Positions 55,101 to 64,000 of a stretch of DNA of 64,000 nt are shown piece after piece. Below the pieces are notes generated by a model. It was not told the origin of the DNA. It ran no database searches and worked only from the letters and a program-made list of their open reading frames with translations. Numbering within the stretch: position 1 is the stretch's first letter; each line of letters starts with the position of its first letter. This DNA is from the human T2T-CHM13v2.0 reference genome, Homo sapiens. The stretch is from assembly GCF_009914755.1 (NCBI RefSeq), contig NC_060928.1. The stretch is one strand, 5' to 3'. Made by a program: the position numbers and the translations under genes.

Positions 55101-58100
55101 TTGTAGAATCTGCAAGTGGATATTTGGATAGCTTTGAGGATTTCATTGGAAACGGGATGACATATAATATCTAGAGAGAAGCATTCTCAGGAACTTCTTT
55201 GTGATGTTTGCATTCAAGTCACAGAATTGAACATTCCCTTTCATAGAGCAGGTTTGAAACACTCTTTCTCTAGTATCTGGAAGTGGGCATTTCAAGCGCT
55301 TTCAGGCCTATGGAGAGAAAGGAAATACCTTCAAATAAAAACTAGACAGAAGCATTCTCAGAAACTTATTTGTGATGTGTGCCCTCAACTAACAGAGTTG
55401 AACCTTTGTTTTGATACAGCATTTTGGAAACACTCCTTTTGTAGAATCTGCAGGTGGATATTTGGATAGCTTTGAAGATTTCGTTGGAAACCGGAATATC
55501 TTCATATAAAATCAAGACAGAAGCATTCTCGGAAACATCTCTGTGATGTTTGCATTCAACTCAGTAGAGTTGAACACTTCCTTTCATAGAGCAGGTTTGA
55601 AACACTCTTTCTGCACTACCTGGAAGCGGACATTTCGAGCGCTTTGAGGCCTATGGTGAAAAAGGAAATATCTTCTCATAAAAACCAGAAAGAAGCATTC
55701 TCAGAAACTTCTTTGTGTTGTGTGTACTCAAGTAACAGTGTTGAACCTTCCTTTTGACACAGCAGTTTTGAAACACTCTTTTGGTAGAATCTGCAAGTGG
55801 ATATTTGGATAGCTTTGAGGATTTCGTTGGAAACGGGTTATCTTCATATAAAATCCAGACAGGAGCATTCTCAGAAACTTCTTTGTGCTGTATGTCCTCA
55901 ATTCACAGAGCTGAACCTTTGTTTGGATACAGCATTTTGGAGACATTCCTTTAGTAGAATCTGCAAGTTGATATTTAGATAGCTTTGAAGATTTCGTTGG
56001 AAACGGGAATATCTTCATAGAAAATCTAGACGGAAGCATTCTCAGAAACTGCTTTGTGATGTTTGCATTCAAGTCACAGAGTTGAATATTCCCTTTTATA
56101 GAGTAGGTTTGAAACACTCTTTCGGCACTACCTGGAAGTGGATATTTCGAGCTCTTTGAGGCCTATGGTTAAAAGGAAATATCTTCCCATAAAAACTAGA
56201 CAGAAGCCGTCTCAGAAACTTGTTTGTGATGTGTGTATTCAACTAACAGAGTTGAACATTTCTGTTACAGAGCAATTTTAAAACACTCTTTTTGTGGAAT
56301 CTGAAAGTGGATAATTGGATAGCTTTGTGGATTTCGTTGGAAACGGGATGACGTATAAAATCTAGAGAGAAGCATTCTCAGGAACTTCTTTCTGATGTTT
56401 GCATTCAAGTCACAGAATTGAACATTCCTTTTCATAGTGCAGGTTTGAAACACTCTTTCTGTAGTATCTGGAAGTGGACATTTCAAGCGCTTTCAGGCCT
56501 ACGGGGAGAAAGGAAATATCTTCAAATAAAAACTAGACAGAAGCATTCTCAGAAACTTATTTGTGATGTGTGTCCTAAATGAACACAGTTGAACCTTTGT
56601 TTTGATACAGCATTTTGGAAACACTCCTTTTGTAGGATCTGCAGGTGGATATTTGGATAGATTTTAAGATTTCGTTGGAAACGGGAATTTCTTCATAGAA
56701 ACTCAAGACAGATGCATTCTCCGAAACTTCTCTGTGATGTTTGCATTCCACTCATAGAGTTGAAGACTTCCTTTCATAGAGCAGGTTTGAAACACTCTTT
56801 TTGTAATATTTGGAAGTGGACATTTGCAGCGCTTTGAGGCCTATGGTGAAAAAGGAAATATCTTCTCATAAAAACCAGAAACAAGCATTCTCAGAAACTT
56901 CTTTTTGATGTGTGTACTCAAGTAACAGAGTTGAACCTTCCTTTTGACACAGCAGTTTTGAAACAATCTTTTTGTAGAATCTGCAAGTGGATATTTGGAT
57001 AGCTTTGAGGATTTCGTTGGAAACGGGATATCTTCATATAAAATCTAGACAGAAGCATTCTCAGAAACTTCTTTGTGCTGTATGTCCTCAATTAACAGAG
57101 TTGAACCATTGCTTGGATACAGCATTTTGGAAACATTCCTTTAGTAGAATCTGCAAGTTGATATTTAGATAGATTTGAAGATTTCGTTGGAAAAGGGAAT
57201 ATCTTCATAGAAAATCTAGACGGAAGCATTCTCAGAAACTGCTTTGTGATGTTTCCATTCAAGTCAGAGAGTTGAATATTCTCTTTTATAGAGCACGTTT
57301 GAAACACTCTTTCTGCACTATCTGGAAGTGGACATTTCGAGCGCTTTGAGGCCTATGGTGAAAAAGGAAATATCTTCCCATAAAAACTAGACAGAAGCAT
57401 TCTCAGAAACTTGTTTGTGATGTGTGTATTCAACTAACAGAGTTGAACTTTTGTTTTTACAGAGCCGTTTTAAAACACTCTTTTTGTGGAATCAGAAAGT
57501 GGATATTCGGATGGCTCTGAGGATTTCGTTGGAAGCGGGATTACATATAAAATCTAGAGAGAAGCATTCTCAGGAACTTCTTTGTGATGTTTGCATTGAA
57601 GTCACAGAATTGAACATTCACTTTGATAGAGCAGGTTTGAAACACTCATTCTGTAGTATCTGGAAGTGGACATTTCAAGCGCTTTCAGGCCTATGGTGAG
57701 AAAGGAAATATCTTCGAATAAAAACTAGACAGAAGCATCCTCAGAAACTTATTTGTGATGTGTGTCCTCAACTAACAGAGTTGAAACTTTGTTTTGATAC
57801 AGCATTTTGGAAACAGTCTTTTTGTAGAATCTGCAGGTGGATATTTGGATAGCTTAGAGGGATTCGTTGGAAAGGGGATATCTTCATATAAAATCTAGAC
57901 AGAAGCATTCTCAGAAACTTATTTGTGATGTGTGTCCTCAACTAACAGAGTTGAACCTTGGTTTTCATACAGCATTTTGGAAACACTCCTTTTGTAGAAT
58001 CTGCAGGTGGATATGTGGATAGCTCTGAAGATTTCGTTGGAAACGGGAATTTCTTCATATAAAATCAAACAGAAGCATTCTCAGAAACTTCTCAGTGATG

Positions 58101-59096
58101 TTTGCATTCAGTTCATGGAGTTGAACACTTCCTTTCATAGAGCCGGTTTGAAACACTCTTTCTGCACTACCTGGAAGAGGACATTTCGAGCGCTTTGAGT
58201 CCTATGGTGAAAAAGGAAATATCTTCTCATAAAAACCAGAAAGAAGCATTCTCAGAAACTTCTTTGTGTTGTGTGTACTCATGTAACAGTGTTGAACCAT
58301 CCTTTTGACAGAGCAGTTTTGAAACACTCTTTTTGTAGAATCTGCAAGTGGATATTTGGATAGCTTTGAGGATTTCGTTGGAAACGGGATGACATATAAT
58401 ATCTAGAGAGAAGCATTCTCAGGGACTTCTTTGTGATGTTTGCATTCAAGTCACAGAATTCAACATTCCCTTTCATAGAGCAGGTTTGAAACACTCTTTC
58501 TCTAGTATCTGGAAGTGGGCATTTCAAGCGCTTTCAGGCCTATGGAGAGAAAGGAAATACCTTCAAATAAAAACTAGACAGAAGCATTCTCAGAAACTTA
58601 TTTGTGATGTGTGTCCTCAACTAACAGAGTTGAACCTTTGTTTTGATACAACATTTTGGAAACACTCCTTTTGTAGAATCTGCAGGTGGATATTTGGATA
58701 GCTTTGAAGATTTCGTTGGAAACCGGAATATCTTCATATAAAATCAAGACAGAAGCATTCTCGGAAACATCTCTGTGATGTTTGCATTCAACTCAGTAGA
58801 GTTGAACACTTCCTTTCATAGAGCAGGTTTGAAACACTCTTTCTGCACTACCTGGAAGCGGACATTTCGAGCGCTTTGAGGCCTATGGTGAAAAAGGAAA
58901 TATCTTCTCATAAAAACCAGAAAGAAGCATTCTCAGAAACTTCTTTGTGTTGTGTGTACTCAAGTAACAGTGTTGAACCTTCCTTTTGACACAGCAGTTT
59001 TGAAACACTCTTTTGGTAGAATCTGCAAGTGGATATTTGGATAGCTTTGAGGATTTCGTTGGAAACGGGTTATCTTCATATAAAATCAGACAGGAG

Positions 59097-61649
59097 CATT
59101 CTCAGAAACTTCTTTGTGCTGTATGTCCTCAATTCACAGAGCTGAACCTTTGTTTGGATACAGCATTTTGGAAACATTCCTTTAGTAGAATCTGCAAGTT
59201 GATATTTAGATAGCTTTGAAGATTTCGTTGGAAACGGGAATATCTTCATAGAAAATCTAGACGGAAGCATTCTCAGAAACTGCTTTGTGATGTTTGCATT
59301 CAAGTCACAGAGTTGAATATTCCCTTTTATAGAGTAGGTTTGAAACACTCTTTCGGCACTACCTGGAAGTGGATATTTCGAGCTCTTTGAGGCCTATGGT
59401 TAAAAGGAAATATCTTCCCATAAAAACTAGACAGAAGCCGTCTCAGAAACTTGTTTGTGATGTGTGTATTCAACTAACAGAGTTGAACATTTCTGTTACA
59501 GAGCAATTTTAAAACACTCTTTTTGTGGAATCTGAAAGTGGATAATTGGATAGCTTTGTGGATTTCGTTGGAAACGGGATGACGTATAAAATCTAGAGAG
59601 AAGCATTCTCAGGAACTTCTTTCTGATGTTTGCATTCAAGTCACAGAATTGAACATTCCTTTTCATAGTGCAGGTTTGAAACACTCTTTCTGTAGTATCT
59701 GGAAGTGGACATTTCAAGCGCTTTCAGGCCTACGGGGAGAAAGGAAATATCTTCAAATAAAAACTAGACAGAAGGATTCTCAGAAACTTATTTGTGATGT
59801 GTGTCCTAAACGAACACAGTTGAACCTTTGTTTTGATACAGCATTTTGGAAACACTCCTTTTGTAGGATCTGCAGGTGGATATTTGGATAGATTTTAAGA
59901 TTTCGTTGGAAACGGGAGTTTCTTCATATAAACTCAAGACAGATGCATTCTCCGAAACTTCTCTGTGATGTTTGCATTCCACTCATAGAGTTGAAAACTT
60001 CCTTTCATAGAGCAGGTTTGAAACACTCTTTTTGTAATATTTGGAAGTGGACATTTGCAGCGCTTTGAGGCCTATGGTGAAAAAGGGAATATCTTCTCAT
60101 AAAAACCAGAAAAAAGCATTCTCAGAAACTTCTTTTTGATGTGTGTACTCAAGTAACAGAGTTGAACCTTCCTTTTGACACAGCAGTTTTGAAACAATCT
60201 TTTTGTAGAATCTGCAAGTGGATATTTGGATAGCTTTGAGGATTTCGTTGGAAACGGGATATCTTCATATAAAATCTAGACAGAAGCATTCTCAGAAACT
60301 TCTTTGTGCTGTATGTCCTCAATTAACAGAGTTGAACCATTGCTTGGATACAGCATTTTGGAAACATTCCTTTAGTAGAATCTGCAAGTTGATATTTAGA
60401 TAGATTTGAAGATTTCGTTGGAAACGGGAATATCTTCATAGAAAATCTAGACGGAAGCATTCTCAGAAACTGCTTTGTGATGTTTCCATTCAAGTCAGAG
60501 AGTTGAATATTCTCTTTTATAGAGCACGTTTGAAACACTCTTTCTGCACTATCTGGAAGTGGACATTTCGAGCGCTTTGAGGCCTATGGTGAAAAAGGAA
60601 ATATCTTCCCACAAAAACTAGACAGAAGCATTCTCAGAAACTTGTTTGTGATGTGTGTATTCAACTAACAGAGTTGAACTTTTGTTTTTACAGAGCCGTT
60701 TTAAAACACTCTTTTTGTGGAATCAGAAAGTGGATATTCGGATGGCTCTGAGGATTTCGTTGGAAGCGGGATTACATATAAAATCTAGAGAGAAGCATTC
60801 TCAGGAACTTCTTTGTGATGTTTGCATTGAAGTCACAGAATTGAACATTCACTTTGATAGAGCAGGTTTGAAACACTCATTCTGTAGTATCTGGAAGTGT
60901 TCATTTCAAGCGCTTTCAGGCCTATGGTGAGAAAGGAAATATCTTCGAATAAAAACTAGACAGAAGCATCCTCAGAAACTTATTTGTGATGTGTGTCCTC
61001 AACTAACAGAGTTGAAACTTTGTTTTGATACAGCATTTTGGAAACACTCTTTTTGTAGAATCTGCAGGTGGATATTTGGATAGCTTAGAGGGATTCGTTG
61101 GAAAGGGGATATCTTCATATAAAATCTAGACAGAAGCATTCTCAGAAACTTATTTGTGATGTGTGTCCTCAACTAACAGAGTTGAACCTTTGTTTTGATA
61201 CAGCATTTTGGAAACACTCCTTTTGTAGAATCTGCAGGTGGATATGTGGATAGCTTTGAAGATTTCGTTGGAAACCGGAATATCTTCATATAAAATCAAG
61301 ACAGAAGCATTCTCGGAAACATCTCTGTGATGTTTGCATTCAACTCAGTAGAGTTGAACACTTCCTTTCATAGAGCAGGTTTGAAACACTCTTTCTGCAC
61401 TACCTGGAAGCGGACATTTCGAGCGCTTTGAGGCCTATGGTGAAAAAGGAAATATCTTCTCATAAAAACCAGAAAGAAGCATTCTCAGAAACTTCTTTGT
61501 GTTGTGTGTACTCAAGTCACAGTGTTGAACCTTCCTTTTGAAATAGCAGTTTTGAAACACTCTATTGGTAGAATCTGCAAGTGGATATTTGGATAGCTTT
61601 GAGGATTTCGTTGGAAACGGGTTATCTTCATATAAAATCCAGACAGGAG
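59097..61649 (+). repeat. 15-mer HOR variant (2553 bp), four monomers (679 bp) shorter than the 19-mer
   Basis: ORF spacing 59496 to 62049 is 2553. After m12, a single m13/m17-like monomer (61137-61307) runs directly into m18 (CATTCTCGGAAACATCTC). Confidence 0.93.
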
Positions 61650-62510
61650 CATTCTTAGAAACTTCTTTGTGCTGTATGTCCTCAATTCACAGAGCTGAAT
61701 CTTTGTTTGGATACAGCATTTTGGAAACTTTCCTTTAGTAAAATCTGCAAGTTGATATTTAGATAGCTTTGAAGATTTCGTTGGAAACGGGAATATCTTC
61801 ATAGAAAATCTAGACGGAAGCATTCTCAGAAACTGCTTTGTGATGTTTGCATTCAAATCAGAGAGTTGAATATTCCCTTTTATAGAGTAGGTTTGAAACA
61901 CTCTTTCGGCACTACCTGGAAGTGGATATTTCGAGCTCTTTGAGGCCTATGGTTAAAAGGAAATATCTTCCCATAAAAACTAGACAGAAGCCGTCTCAGA
62001 AACTTGTTTGTGATGTGTGTATTCAACTACCAGAGTTGAACATTTCTGTTACAGAGCAATTTTAAAACACTCTTTTTGTGGAATCTGAAAGTGGATAATT
62101 GGATAGCTTTGTGGATTTCGTTGGAAACGGGATGACGTATAAAATCTAGAGAGAAGCATTCTCAGGAACTTCTTTCTGATGTTTGCATTCAAGTCACAGA
62201 ATTGAACATTCCTTTTCATAGTGCAGGTTTGAAACACTCTTTCTGTAGTATCTGGAAGTGGACATTTCAAGCGCTTTCAGGCCTATGGGGAGAAAGGAAA
62301 TATCTTCAAATAAAAACTAGACGGAAGCATCCTCAGAAACTTATTTGTGATGTGTGTCCTAAACGAACACAGTTGAACCTTTGTTTTGATACAGCATTTT
62401 GGAAACACTCCTTTTGTAGAATCTGCAGGTGGATATTTGGATAGATTTTAAGATTTCATTGGAAACGGGAATTTCTTCATATAAACTGAAGACAGATACA
62501 TTCTCAGAAA
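61650..62510 (+). repeat. Terminal partial HOR (m1-m5 plus the first 12 bp of m6), more diverged than interior copies
   Basis: Recognisable m1-m5 with many private substitutions; ends ...GACAGATACATTCTCAGAAA at 62510. Confidence 0.9.
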
Positions 62511-64000
62511 TATATATTTTGGGTACTTTGATATTTTATGTACAGTATATAATACATAATTTGGGTTCTTTGATATTTTATCTACAGTATATAATACATA
62601 CTTTGGGTACTTTGATATTTTATGTACAGTATACAATACATACTTTGGGTACTTTGTTATTTTCTGTACAGAATGTTATACATACTTTGGGTACTTTGAT
62701 ATTTTATGTACAGTATATAATATATAGTTAGGGTACTTTGATATATTATGTACAGTATATAATGCATACTGTGGGTACTTTGATATTTTATGTCAGTATA
62801 TAATACATACTTTGGGTACTTCGATATTTTATGTACAGTACACTATATATAGTTTGGGTACTTTGATATTTTATGTCCAGTACAAAATAAATAGTTTTGG
62901 TACTTTGATATTTTATGTACAGTATATAGTTTGAGTACTTTGATATTTAATGTACAGTATATAATACATAATTTGGGTACATTGATATTTTATGTACAGT
63001 GTTTTATAAATGTTTGGGTGCCTCCATATTTTATGTACAGTATATAATACATACTAAGGGCACTTTGATATTTTATGTACAGTATATAATACATACTTTG
63101 GGTACTTTGATATTTTATGTATGTCATATAATATATAGTTTGGGTACTTTGATATTTTATGTACAGTATATAATACATACCTTGGGTACTTTGATATTTT
63201 AAGTACAGTATATAATATATAGTTTGGGTATTTTGATATTTTATGTACAGTATAAAATACATAATTTGGGTACTTTGATATTTTATGTACAGTATATAAT
63301 ACATACTTTGGGAACTTTCATATTTTATGTACAGTATGTAAAACATACTTTGGGTACTTTGATATTTTATGTACAGTATATAATACATACTATTGGTACT
63401 TTGATATTTTATGTACATTATACAATATATAGTTTGAGTACTTTGATATTTTATGTCCAGTATAAAATATATAGATTTCGTACTTTGATATTTTATGTAC
63501 AGAATATAGTTTGAGTACTTTGATATTTTATGTACACTTTATTATAAAAGTTTGGGTACTTTCATATTTTACGTACAGTATATAATACATACTTTGGGCA
63601 CTTTGATGTTTTATGTACAGTATATAATACATACTTTAGGTTCTTTTATATTTTATGTACAGCATATAATACAAAATTTGGGGACTTTTATATTTTATGT
63701 ACATTATATAATACATACTTTGGGTACTTTTATATTTTATGTACGGTATATAATACATACTTTGGGTACTTTGATATATTATGTACAGTATATAATACAT
63801 ACTTTGGGTAATTTGATATATTATGTACAGTATATAATACATACTTAGGGTACTTTGACATTTTATGTACAGTATATAATACATACTTTGGGTACTTTGA
63901 TATTTTTTGAACAGTATATAATACATACTTTGGGTACTTTGATATTTTATGTACTGTATATAATACATACTTTGGGTACTTTTATATTTTATGTACAGTA
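62511..64000. repeat. Human satellite 1A (HSat1A / SAR), 42-bp AT-rich tandem repeat, ~35 units, continuing beyond the window
   Basis: Consensus TTTGGGTACTTTGATATTTTATGTACAGTATATAATACATAC (42 bp). Two GTAC (RsaI) sites split it into 17-bp and 25-bp parts, the classic satellite I A/B subunits. Confidence 0.95.

Larger units (their letters stand above)
1..62510 (+). repeat. Alpha-satellite HOR array (19-mer, 3232 bp), most likely human chromosome 4 D4Z1, suprachromosomal family 2
   Basis: Seen: ~171-bp monomers starting CATTCTCAGAAAC throughout. The same pseudo-ORF recurs at 485, 3717, 6949, 10346, 13748, 17150, 20552, 23954, 27186, 30418, 33649, 36881, 40113, 43342, 46571, 49802, 53033, 56265, 59496 and 62049 (modal spacing 3232 bp). 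The D4Z1 assignment rests on established knowledge (3.2-kb 19-mer, array interrupted by HSat1A), not on an alignment. Confidence 0.97.

Noticed and set aside
17-62444. Over 150 short ORFs (61-129 aa) recurring with near-identical translations
   Set aside because: They recur at HOR periodicity on both strands, many use non-ATG starts, they are freely broken by indels and stops between copies, and they show no recognisable domain. They are translation by-products of alpha satellite.
1-62510. Possible embedded L1/Alu insertion or array inversion
   Set aside because: HOR spacing is fully explained by 3232 bp plus or minus the listed indels, and CENP-B boxes stay on the + strand. I saw no poly-A tail or foreign sequence.
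1-62510. Assignment to chromosome 3 (also split by HSat1A) or chromosome 9
   Set aside because: The D3Z1 HOR is a 17-mer of SF1 and D9Z4 has shorter units, so a 19-mer next to HSat1A fits D4Z1 best. This was not confirmed by alignment.
62429-63968. ORFs with 14-aa repeats (LGTLIFYVQYIIHT / MYYILYIKYQSTQS) resembling repeat proteins
   Set aside because: 42 bp is a multiple of 3, so any stop-free frame of HSat1A gives a 14-aa repeat. Both strands are open and nothing indicates a gene.
62511-64000. CRISPR-like appearance of short regular repeats
   Set aside because: The units are head-to-tail degenerate copies with no unique spacers, leader or cas genes, and the context is a primate centromere.
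1-64000. Claim that this is the kinetochore (CENP-A) site or a novel biological system
   Set aside because: CENP-A occupancy is epigenetic and cannot be read from sequence. All components are known satellite families, and only their local arrangement may be undescribed.

Overview
This window is human (primate) centromeric satellite DNA, with no genes, RNA genes, transposons or CRISPR. Bases 1-62510 are a single-orientation alpha-satellite higher-order-repeat (HOR) array of ~171-bp monomers. The canonical unit is a 3232-bp 19-mer with CENP-B-box and pJ-alpha-box monomers, best matching the chromosome 4 array D4Z1 (SF2). The array holds 19 full HOR copies plus a terminal partial copy. Five tandem copies (9777-26786) are 20-mer variants of 3402 bp, made by a 170-bp duplication whose junction lies in a CENP-B box and creates a new EcoRI site. 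The last full copy (59097-61649) is a 15-mer of 2553 bp. At 62510/62511 the alphoid DNA stops abruptly and a very AT-rich 42-bp satellite (HSat1A/SAR) runs to the window end. All listed ORFs are by-products of the repeats. I find no new protein-coding system. The points of interest are structural: the 7+8+4 internal architecture of the HOR, a possibly ancestral 15-mer at the diverged array edge, nested HOR duplications, the satellite junction, and a 580-bp super-period in HSat1A. All comparisons were made by eye and from ORF-track spacing, not by alignment.
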